Source: Vicugna vicugna
Lineage: Eukaryota
DNA length: 20,000 nt
Assembly (NCBI GenBank): GCA_013265495.1
Contig: MU058636.1
Location: 9,864,968 to 9,884,967, forward strand
Direction: 5' to 3'
Shown here: piece after piece, positions 9,797 through 19,269 of the stretch
Position numbering within the stretch: position 1 is the first letter of the stretch
How the letters are laid out: each line of letters starts with the position of its first letter
The notes under the pieces: generated by a model
Database searches by the model: none
Told to the model about the DNA's origin: nothing
Seen by the model: the letters and a program-made list of their open reading frames with translations, nothing else
Made by a program: the position numbers and the translations under genes

Positions 9797-11534
9797 ATGT
9801 TCTTTTTAAAATTAGCAGTACTTTTTTTCCTCTGTTTTGAGACCCAAACACTCTGAGATTCAATACCGTTTAACACAACTATAAATTTAGCAAGTGCTTA
9901 AAGACTATCTTCACATACAATTGACCTAAGGATTCAAGTGTCCATTTCTGAACATGTCAAAGCTGTAATTTCAGCCGTGGTCCTGGAGACGTCGTGAAGC
10001 CTCAAGAGTAAAACTTAAGAGGTTGCATCATCCATTAAAACTCCTTGACGCATAGGTTTTATTTACGCAAGGACGTTCAGGTATCATAGATTTTGTTACT
10101 GAACCTGTAATTTAACAAATTGTTTTCTCTCTCTCTCGAGCCTGGGATTTAATAGTTACAAGTAAGACATGAAAAGGTAGACATGTCTTTTTACGTCCTG
10201 CCAATTATTACTTTTGCTTATCACGTATAGTCGTGGGCCCCGCCAACCCACCCAAACACAGACACATTGAACAGTTTTGTTCAAGTTACCGTTCTGAAAA
10301 TAAACTTGATTTACAGGTTGTGTTGATCAGCAACACGAAATATATTTTATAGAAATGTAGTCGGAAAAGGTCTGTAGAATTTCTGTGTATTTGCTCTTAT
10401 AAGCTTGCACAGAATAACGTTTTTCTCAGTTTACCAGTGGAAAGCTTCTCCGGTTTTTGATTGAGAGTCTAACTCGTGTCTCTGATGAGAGATTCTCAAA
10501 CAGGCAGAAGAATTCGAGGTGACTAATGGTTTCTGTGGAAACTGGGGAATAGACCTCTCATGCTTTCAGCCACTTTCAAAATTTACCCCTTTTATTTGTC
10601 TTCTCTTTTCTTCTTTTTCTTCTTTTCCTCCCACTGAAGTTGTCTTTGTCCCTTGGGCTGACAGTGTTTGCCAGTGGGACTTGCAGCCTTTTGCTTAGAA
10701 TTTGGGGCTAATTCAGGACTGCAAATTGCTGTGATGTTCATAGACTCCTGCTCTGTGAAAATCCCTGTATGTATGCCTAAAGCTAAAAGAGAGTTCGGGG
10801 AGAACGAAAGTTCAGGCACGAGCCCTGAATTCTGGGTACCGTTTCCACATGAGGACGAAAACAAGGAAAAGGAGCCACGGGAAGGAACAGGAGAGCGGTC
10901 TCGTCTGAGGTCTCACACAGAGACGTCAGACACAGCCACCCGCAGAGACTTTTAATAATTTTCCCCGAATTTTGGAAGGGCAGGATTGAAAGCGCTTTAA
11001 TATTAGAAGTGTCAGAACAAGCTTCATTAAAATATCCTCTCTTATTGAGAAGAGAACATTAATTTCAGATTGGCAATTAAAACAATTATTTTATTACTTT
11101 AATTTCAGAGATGTCAGAACAAGCTTCATAAATATTCTTCCTTGTTGGGAAGGGGCTTTCTTATAAAATGGAAAACTCTGGGGTGGCCCAGCTGAATATG
11201 CCCTGTAAAGAAGCTCTAGAAAATGTTAAAATAATGAGCAGATCTTACTTTCCAAGCGCCTGAGTTAATCGCTGGGACCCAGGGAGGCAGTTTTGAGGAA
11301 GCTGCGCTAACACTTAAAAGCCACCTGGGTGCCATATAATACGAGGAAGTAGCAATTCAGCCAAGCTAATGGTACTTTCGGAAAGTGTTTTACTTACTCC
11401 TGGACGGGGAGCTCAGACATAAGGGAAGTCTGGCTCGGATACTTGTGGTTTTATAGCTGCCATATGCAAGAAAGTCAAAGTGAAATACAGGCGTTATATA
11501 AAAATCCTCTTGACTTGTCAATGTGCTTTCTGGA

Positions 11535-11640
11535 GTCGAATTGCAGACAGGGAAACTGAGGTCTCTGAGAATAGATTCGAACTTGCCCAAAGACACTGCA
11601 CATCGGTCACTAAGAATAAGACTTAAAGTCAGACAAAGGC
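11535..11640 (-). mobile_element. MIR fragment
   Basis: ttgcagacagggaaactgaggtctctgaga...aacttgcccaaagacac is the antisense MIR core. Confidence 0.75.
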
Positions 11641-11651
11641 AGGTGCTGGGT

Positions 11652-11969
11652 GATGTCACTTCCATGAGGAATCTAAAAAAGTCAAACATGTGAAAAGCAG
11701 AGAGTAAAATGGTGGTTATCGGGGGATGGGGCGGGAGGGGTAAGGGTAACGGTGTTTAAGGGTACAAATTTATAACAAGTAGTCAATAAGCCGTAGAGAT
11801 CTAATGCACAGCACAATGGATGTAGACAATAACGGTGCGCTGTAATTCTGTAATGTGATAAATATCACTACATTGTCAATCATATTACAACATTTAAATG
11901 TATCAAAGTAACACACTGTACACCTTAAACTTTCATCATGTTACAAGTCAGATTTATTCAATTAAAAAG
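11652..11969 (+). mobile_element. L1MA-lineage 3' UTR (5'-truncated L1)
   Basis: ggaatctaaaaaagtcaaac...gcagagagtaaaatggtggtta, G-rich tract at 11721-11746, agagatctaatgcacagca, tgtatcaaa...cactgtacaccttaaac, and an A-rich end. Confidence 0.85.
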
Positions 11970-12939
11970 ATTTCACAGAAATACATTAAAAAATACTTTA
12001 AAGCATTTCCAATTTTGTTCACATGTTCTGAATATTTGTTAATTCTTAACTTCAGATATTTGGACAGCTTAACTTTATTTGAATAGCACTTTGACATTTA
12101 ATACATGGCCCCCTTTTCTGTATTATACAGTTTGGGCTCCAAAATGAATGTGGTCTTGAAAATCCCCCATCACATACACTCTCCTACGAAAGTGTAAGAA
12201 GCATAACTTTTTCTCTAATTCCTGGCCCAGATTCAGGTTGTAAACATTTCCAAACACCTGCATGAATATCAGTGAGATCCAAATCTGTTCAAGGGGCCTG
12301 TATGTTTTTGTCCAAAAAAAAAAAAAAGTGTTTTTTCCAGCAAACGCTGATCCAAGTTCTGCTTCAGATATCACATAGTCTTTCCAAAAAGGTCTTTCTT
12401 TCTTTTCAGGAATGATTAGGAAAAGCTTGTGTGGTAAGCTTGACTGCAAGGTTGTCAGTGCTGAAAAGAAAAAAGGTATCGGCCAGCCCAGCTTAGTGGG
12501 AGAGAAGAGAAAAGGGAAAGTGGTTTTGGAACCATTTGTAAGAGAGGACTGATCTGACTTAGTCTGATCGGGGATCAGTTTCCCTCCGACTTTCTCATGA
12601 GGGAGGTAAAAGTCCAAAGAGAACTGGAGATGGAGGTCCAAAGGTTAGATAGTGATATCTGAAACGGTCCAACTCTTTTCACTTTTGATCATGTGGTAGC
12701 TACATTGTTCCTCTTGGACATGCTTGGGGTTCCATGAATATGTAATTTGTTTTGACTATTACCCCTGCTAAACTGAGTCCTTGTAAACATCATAACAAAC
12801 ATTGTCATCTTCTTGGAACATGCTATTGGTTGACCATCAGTAGGTCCTGCATGCTAAACCTCTTCTCTAGTAATAGTGACAGATTCTTGTGAATCCTTAG
12901 CTCTTTCTTGTTTTACCCACTGGCTTGTATCTGCAAGAG

Positions 12940-13135
12940 GGAGTGTGCACTTTGAAGTCAGACCTTACAAGATGTGTGACCTTGGACAAAGTTACTTGTC
13001 CTTCCCAAGTCTTGGCTTCCTTGTCTGTCATGTAAGAGTGATTAATCACAGCGCCTACCTCATAGATTTCTTCTAAACGTTAAAGGACACAATTCAGTGT
13101 GAAGCACTGAGCCCAGTTCTGGCACCAAGTGAGGA
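12940..13135 (+). mobile_element. MIR (MIRb-like)
   Basis: ctttgaagtcagac...tgtgtgaccttggacaaagttactt...cctacctcatag...tgtgaagcactgagcccagttctggcac. Confidence 0.8.
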
Positions 13136-13155
13136 TTTAATTTTCCTAAAGAAGG

Positions 13156-13275
13156 TAGTAACCAGCATTTACTAAGTGCTTATTATTTGCCGGAAGTTTC
13201 TAAACAGCTTAAACATATTAACTCATTTAAAACTGTGATTATCTCATTTTGCAGATGAGGGAGTTGAGTCACTTG
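13156..13275 (-). mobile_element. MIR 3' half
   Basis: catttactaagtgcttattatttgcc...attaactcatttaa...attatctcattttgcagatgagg. Confidence 0.8.
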
Positions 13276-13777
13276 TTGGAAATTTAAAAGATCAGTAAAT
13301 ATTGTTGCTTTCTTCATTTCCCAGGTTGGAAAAAAATTGCGAGACAGACCCAGGAGTAAGGCCGATGAAGTTCTAAATATCACTGTTATTACTGATGTAG
13401 TCAGTCCGAGAAAATGTCTTCAGATCTGCAGCCTTGCTAGTATTTTTCTCCTAGAAGACAGCTTGCCCTCCCACTTATAGACATCGCTGGGCCATTTCCG
13501 GTCTCCTCAGGGACAGCAAGTGTGTTATTTCCTGCAGAGAAGAGAGCAGACCACAGGCTTCCTGCCAGCAGGAAGTCAGATCTGGGAAAAGGGAAGGAAA
13601 AACTGAACAGAGCGTGCCTAGTTCCTGCCCTCAACTCCTCTATCAGCTCATCCCGTGTCCTCTAGGGAGGAATAAACAAAAGGACCCAGGCGCGGGGCTA
13701 ACACAAATCCCATCATGTGAAAAATGGAAGCCAGGGTCTAAGAGGCTCTCCAAATAACATCACCATTATCATTACCG

Positions 13778-13892
13778 TAGTTATTAAGGTTCAGGCTCTT
13801 AAACAGATAGTAGACTCCTCAGCGTTCTATTTCTATCAATTTGGGCAAATTGTGTTTTTTGAGGCGTTCATCTATTTCATATAAATAGAAGG
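13778..13892 (+). mobile_element. Degenerate MIR
   Basis: tagttattaaggttcaggctct...ttgggcaaattg; weak match to the MIR 5' part and core. Confidence 0.45.
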
Positions 13893-13994
13893 TTGCCATA
13901 AAGATGGTTATATAACCTCATTATCTTTTTAATGACTGTCAAGTCACAACAAAACTGCCTTATTTACTCCCTGATAAGCATAACTTACGCCCTG

Positions 13995-14860
13995 TCTTAA
14001 TTCTTCTTGATCAGTCTTGCTATATACATTTTCCTTGGTCTTTTTAAAATTTACTTTTAAGGTATTAGCTTTGTGGAATCTGTTATATAGTGTATATTTG
14101 CCTTCCAATTCGCTGATTTCTGTTCTTATCTTTATAATTTCCTTACTTCGACTTTATTTGGCTTTAACAGATCTCACTTCTGAGCTGGATATTTAGATCC
14201 TTGACTTTTCAGCCTTTCTTTTTCTACTATGTACCTTTAAAAGCAGAAATGTCTCTAACAATAGCTTCAGCCGCACACTACAAGATTTGATGTACAATAT
14301 TCTTATCATTTCAGTTCAAAACATTTTCGAATTTCCATTTTCTAGTTCCATTCGTCTCATTTCCTTTCTTTTATAGATTTCCATCATAATTTCAGTGCAG
14401 TCAAAGAACTTGAAGTCTCTGAATTATTTCAATCAGTTGAAGATTTCCAAGAGTTTACGGCCCAGCATACTGTCTATTTTGTTAGGTGCTTTCTTCAGAC
14501 ACCGGGTCATATTTGTTCATCATCATGCACAGCTACACTGTGTTTTATTGACATTTTGTCTGCTTGTTAAAGTCTCTGTTTCTTATTGTGACTTTGTTTC
14601 TCCTTTTAATTCTGTTGATTTTTCCTTAGGTATTTTGGGGCCATGTTATTAGAAACATATACATCTAGAATGATTCTATTCTTGACGAATTACTATTTTC
14701 TCTTTATGAAATGCATTTCTTTTTCTAGTAATGCCTGTTTCCTCAAAGTCTAGCTGGTTTGATATAATTATAACTCTTGGTTAACATTGGTATGATATAA
14801 ATATGTATTTTTTCCTCTTTTTACTTTTAGTTTTTCTAAGTCCATATGTAAAAACTCTCT
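13995..14860 (-). mobile_element. Old L1M ORF2-region fragments
   Basis: T-rich antisense L1 sequence: ttcttgatcagtcttgcta, ctgatttctgttcttatctttataatttcc, ttatcatttcagttcaaaacatttt, ttttctagtaatg...ttgatataattataactc. No intact ORF. Confidence 0.75.
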
Positions 14861-14959
14861 TGTGGCCCAGATACAGACATTCATAGGGACATAGATATGA
14901 GAAATAAACAGACACAAAGATACATCTATATCAACAACCTTATCAATGTCTACATTTAT

Positions 14960-15280
14960 GTCATTATTATTTTAATAATATTACATTATAATTTATGAAT
15001 AGAAATATCTATCTATTTAACAAACTAGTGTTACAACATTCATAATATTCTGTAACCTGGTCTTTCCTACTTAATATATATTATAGAAGCCTCTACCTAG
15101 TGATGCCATGTTATTTTTTCCATATTTGATTATGAAAAATTTCAACTGAATAACAAAGTTAAAAGAACTTTATAGAACAACTATATATCCATCACCTAGA
15201 CTCCACTACTACCATTTTACTAAATTTGCTTTATCACTTTTATCACTTGCCTATCTCTTCATTAGTCCACATCTGTATCT
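14960..15280 (-). mobile_element. Old L1 (L1MC/L1ME-like) 3' UTR fragments
   Basis: tgaaaaatttcaa...aaagttaaaagaactttatagaacaactatatatccatcacctagactc...cattttactaaatttgctttatcac. Confidence 0.6.
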
Positions 15281-15294
15281 ATACTGGAAAGGGG

Positions 15295-15475
15295 TAAAAC
15301 ACACTGTAAAAACATTTTTTACCTCTTGGTAGGATTGAATTATGGAGTTAAGAGGTATAGAATTTTTATTTTCATATTTTATATATGTCTGTATCATTTA
15401 GGTATTAAATGCTCATTTAAAATGAGCAAGAATAACTTTTGAGAGAAAAAAATAGATGTATTTAAAAAAAAAAAA
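15295..15475 (+). mobile_element. Old L1 (L1ME-like) 3' terminus with A-rich tail
   Basis: ttacctcttggtagg...attttatatatgtctgtatcattt...aatgagcaagaataactttt...aaaaaaaaaaaa. Confidence 0.5.
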
Positions 15476-15573
15476 TCCCAGGCCTGATCCTTAGCTACTG
15501 TGTTTAGCGGCTCTGAAGGCCAGCCTCTTCTTCCATCAGCCCGTCAAGCATCTCTCCAAGCGTGTCCTGCAGG

Positions 15574-15807
15574 CATTTCCTGAGCATTTAGTAAGTGCCA
15601 GACATTGAAAGGAATCCACTCATCAAGCTATTCCACGGACTGCTCATGACCACCACATGAATTGGGCACTACTATTAACCCCACACGAGACGAAGAAAAC
15701 AAGAAGCTCAGAGGAGGTACACTTGCCTCCAAATCGCGGAGTGGCGAGCAGCAGAACAGGATGACAGCTGGAGTCCGACTCAAGTCTGAGCTTCTAACTG
15801 CGTACTG
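15574..15807 (-). mobile_element. MIR (MIRb-like), near full length
   Basis: catttcctgagcattt...gtgccagaca...ggcactactattaacccca...gaagctcagaggagg...acttgcc...ctcaagtctgagcttctaac. Confidence 0.7.
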
Positions 15808-15839
15808 GGCATCTTTGTTGAATGCACATCAAAAAGAAC

Positions 15840-16215
15840 TCATTGTTTTCTCATTTTTAAATGAATCAACTCAAAGAAGACATGGAGCGTCCACGATGAG
15901 CCAGACAAGGGAAGTGGCAGATGCTGTCTATGCAAAAATGAACAGGATAACATTCCCTGACTTGAAGAAGTTTTCGGTCTGTTGAGAAAGATGGGGCATT
16001 CTGATGCCGTCTGACAAGGGCCCTGACAGCAGTAGTCACAGGGCATTTGGGGAGCATGTGTTAAGTACACTTGACCCATTTGGTGGGGGTGGGGTGGGAT
16101 GGGGTTGTCTGGAAAGATTTCCTGGAAGAACTGATATCTAAAACTGAGACCTGGAGATTAAGGAGGCACTCAGCGGCCCAGCGCACTCTGCCAGAGGCTT
16201 TAGAACATGGCACAA
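15840..16215 (-). mobile_element. L2 3' fragment
   Basis: aaatgaacagga...ccctgacttgaagaagttt...ggaaagatttcctggaagaactgatatctaaaactgagacctggaga. Confidence 0.7.
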
Positions 16216-16307
16216 AACAGGTACCAACCAGGGCTAGTGGTGGGAGAAAGGCAGGCCAGCAATGGGTCAAGGGGTACAGAGCAAGAGAGATCATGGCCCA
16301 TTTTATG

Positions 16308-16810
16308 TTATAGCAAGAACTGTATTTCTGAAATACAGGTCTGATCATGTCATTCTTCTATTAAATGTCTCTGGTGTCCCCTGTTCCCCACAGAGAAATG
16401 CCCCAGCTCCTCAGCAAACGTGGAAGGCCTTTCTACCCGGCTCAGCCTAGTTGCTCTATTTCTGCTGCTCCAGCCATCCTGGGGCCAGCCACATCCCAGC
16501 TCCTGCTATTTCATCTGCTGAGATTCCCCTTCTCCCCTCTCTGCTCAATGAATTTTTACCTATTTTTCAAAGTCCACTTAAATGTCACCCCTTCCTTGAG
16601 CAGCCAGATGAAATTGAATGTTTCTTCATCATTGTTTACATATCTTTCTCTACACTTTCATACACAGAATATTATATTATTAGTATTTGTGTATGTGTTC
16701 ATCTGATGGATGCTAAGCACTTTGACATCTCATGGGCTTCTCGCCCTTAGGCCTAGTGATCGGCTGGCCCTCCGTAGGTCTCCAACAAAGCCTTCTGTAA
16801 TTGAATTGAT
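16308..16810 (+). mobile_element. L2 3' fragment
   Basis: tttctgaaatacaggtctgatcatgtcattctt...ttcaaagtccacttaaatgtcacc...ggcctag...gtaggtctccaacaaa...tgaattga. Confidence 0.75.
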
Positions 16811-16974
16811 GTGAACACGAATTTTGCCAATCGTTGATTCGGTATTTCTAATTTCACATTTTTTCCTGTAAATTATGGTTAACGTCAGTTTGCACAGCTT
16901 CATTTTCAGTTCAAGAAATCTGGCCCATTTAATTTCTTCATAGAGAACTATTTATAAAAAGATGAAGCGGGGTC

Positions 16975-17298
16975 ACGGTCAAGTTGTAAACTTGGCTGGA
17001 GTAGAATAACCCCAGGAGAAACTCTGAGAAGAGCTTTGACGGATAACAGTTCAGCACATATCCCACCTGCATCTTTGATTCCTGGACACTGGTCGAGGAA
17101 GTGAAAGATCCCCACTGTGTGTCCCACTTTAGATGGAAAGATTATTCGTGGCCAATCTGCCCACTGGAGTCTCAGGGAGTGGAACCCAGGAATCAGTATT
17201 TACAACAATCCCACACCCTCGCCCCCAACACACATTCCTTCACTTCCTGCTCCCCCTCCCAAGTGATTCTTATGCAAAGTCAAGTTCCAGAACCACTG
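16975..17298. mobile_element. MER5-type hAT-Charlie MITE (degenerate, with insertions)
   Basis: Right end aagtgattcttatgcaaagtcaagttccagaaccactg; internal ggagtggaacccaggaatcagtatttacaacaa; left aaacttggctg...gaataaccccagg. Left boundary uncertain. Confidence 0.6.
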
Positions 17299-18009
17299 TT
17301 AATAACCTTCCCTGGCAATATAATCAGTCACATTTTTCTAGTTAAACTGCCCTTTCCTGGGAGGTAGAATCTAAAAAACAGATTAATTGAGCAGCATGAG
17401 GGATTCTGTCCATGGTGTCTAGGTGACAGCAGATAAACTGATAAATATATAAAAGGGCTAGTAGTATCTTTGACATGATGATGATAATACAGAGTTTAAA
17501 CTTCTAGAGATTCTAACATGAAAAACTGTAGTCAGGATCCAGAGAATTCGAAAAGCGATTCTATGCTAATTTAATAGCAGCTCCAGGTAGACCTAGTTGG
17601 AGACAGGACTGTTGCAAAGTCCGGATCCTGATTTCCTACCATAGCCCTTTTGCCTGCATGTGAAACTTGGTAGTTAATAATCAGCGCCAGAAGTAATACG
17701 ACGCTAACTTTAAACATCTGTCTTCACAAGGAAGCGAGGAAGATGGCAAATGTCACCATCTGTTGCACATGGTTATTATTATTTCAAATCTTATTATCAC
17801 TGCAAACTCACGGATGATGAATTAAATCATGTCCACAAAATTGAAAATCAGAATCCAGACAAATCCAAACATTTAAGACACATATATAACAGTTTTATTG
17901 TGTAGGCAAAGAGAGAGAGAGTGTGTGAGTCAAACGGTCTCCATTTGGCATGTATTTAATAATACTAGTTGGTGGCAAAACATTCAGATGGTTAGAGTTT
18001 GGTGACTAT

Positions 18010-18250
18010 AATAATAATAATTAATTATAGCACTATTTACTATAGTCTGTGTGCCCCAACTGTGCTGGAGCTTTCTATCCATTATCTCTGGTCTTCATAG
18101 CAGTTCTCCAAACGAAGTATCATTCCAACATGTACATTTGAACACACTGTATGAAGGACACTGTCCAAGGTCACACAGATTAATTAGTGAAAACACTAGT
18201 TTCTGAACCCAGGACTGTCTAAACTCAGAGTTCAGACTCTCTTTCCTTTA
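18010..18250 (-). mobile_element. MIR (MIRb-like)
   Basis: tgtgtgcc...ctgtgct...tgtccaaggtcacacag...tgaacccaggactgtctaaactcagagttcagactct. Confidence 0.8.
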
Positions 18251-18600
18251 GATGATAAACTGCATAAGAGCAGAACACTTACCTTTTTTTATTCCCTGTG
18301 CAGTTCTCAGAGCCTTGAACAGAATGTGGTATAAAGTAGATGCTAAATTGGGAGTTTGAGATTTGCAGATACTAACTACTACATATAAAATAGATACACA
18401 ACAAGTTTCTATTGTATAGCACAGGGAACTATAGTCAATATCTTGTAGTCACCTATAATGAGAAAGAATATGAAAATGAATATATGTATGTATATGTATG
18501 ACTGAAACATTATGCTGTATGCCAGAAATTGACACAGCATTGCAAACTGACTACACTTCAATTTAAAAATATTAAATAAAGTAGGAGCTGAATAAATAAA
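18250..18600 (+). mobile_element. L2 3' terminus split by the young L1 at 18349-18575
   Basis: tagatgataaactgcataagagcagaac...agccttgaacagaatgtggtataaagtagatgctaaat, resuming after the L1 as ataaagtaggagctgaataaat. Confidence 0.6.
18349..18575 (+). mobile_element. Young L1 3' end (camelid-type), 5'-truncated, with TSD
   Basis: tgggagtttgagatttgcagatactaactact...gtatagcacagggaactat...ccagaaattgacacagcattgcaaactgactacacttcaatttaaaaa; TSD ataaagtagatgctaaat / ataaagtaggagctgaat (15/18). Confidence 0.9.
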
Positions 18601-18717
18601 AGCAGGATGGCATGCTTCCCAGATCAAGAATTTCATCCTTGTCAGTTCCCCTGAAACAAATCCTTAACCCCCCAGTTTGTGATAGTATCCTGACCCAAAC
18701 AAAAATAGTATTAATCA

Positions 18718-18749
18718 GACACATTGTAACTGATTAATACTTCAATTTA
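18718..18749 (+). mobile_element. Extremely truncated (~30 bp) young L1 3' end with 17-bp TSD
   Basis: gacacattgtaactga...acttcaatttaaaaa matches the terminus of the two other young L1 copies; flanks aaaaatagtattaatca / aaaactaatattaatca (15/17). Confidence 0.65.
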
Positions 18750-18766
18750 AAAACTAATATTAATCA

Positions 18767-19005
18767 CGCTGATAGGCAAAAATAGGATAATTTTAAAATT
18801 TTGATTAATCCAAAGGAGGGCAAGAACAGGTCAAAAACAAAAAGAACATGGAACAGGTGGGGCAAACAGAAAACAAGTACTAAGATGGAAAATTTAAACT
18901 CATTCTATCAACGATTGAATTTAGTATTTAGTGAACAAATGGGGCTCCAAGTAAAAGATAAAGATGGTTAGACTGGAATTTTAAAACTATATTCATATTA
19001 TTTAC
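18767..19005 (+). mobile_element. Old L1M fragment spanning the inter-ORF/ORF2 start region
   Basis: tgattaatccaaagga...aaacagaaaacaagtactaagatggaaaatttaaactc...ctccaagtaaaagataaagatggttagactgga resembles the degenerate endonuclease start. Confidence 0.65.
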
Positions 19006-19024
19006 TTCATTCTTGTACTTCTTC

Positions 19025-19135
19025 CCTTTTTATATCTGTTTTATGGGTGAAGAGTGGAGACTTCAGAGAGTGAAGAAACTTGCCAAAATGACACTGGATA
19101 AATAGCAGAGTCGGATAAAAGCCCCAGTGGTCCAG
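19025..19135 (-). mobile_element. MIR fragment
   Basis: ttttatgggtgaaga...gagacttcagagagtgaagaaacttgccaaaatgacac...aaatagcagag. Confidence 0.65.
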
Positions 19136-19269
19136 CCCCAAACCCTCACTTGGGGCCATTTCGTACAGACTCTGCAAGGAGAAGGTGCTGTCAGGCTTGG
19201 CAAGAGCCATGTCCGTGCAATTCAAGGGGCAGAGCCGGATGGCAGCAGGCATGGTGAATGGTAAAGCTG

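Noticed and set aside
10592..10955. Two opposite-strand ORFs (90 and 95 aa) in unique sequence
   Set aside because: No recognisable homology, low-complexity ends and no convincing splice boundaries.
11010..11155. Repeat-spacer-repeat as a CRISPR-like array
   Set aside because: Only two diverged copies, mammalian context, no cas genes; kept only as a local duplication.
12123..12641. Longest ORF (172 aa, minus strand)
   Set aside because: Non-ATG start, poly-Phe from an A-run, no recognisable domain; consistent with a chance ORF.
13325..13355. 31-nt exon-like segment (ttcccag|...GGA|gtaagg)
   Set aside because: Weak donor and no independent support.
13995..14860. L1 ORF2 as a coding sequence
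   Set aside because: Heavily decayed with stops and indels; a fossil only.
16320..16338. Perfect palindrome ctgtatttc-t-gaaatacag
   Set aside because: 9-bp arms with a short spacer are expected about once per 20 kb by chance; lies inside an L2.
569..17932. Scattered AP-1 TGAGTCA heptamers
   Set aside because: A handful in 20 kb, unclustered, near random expectation.
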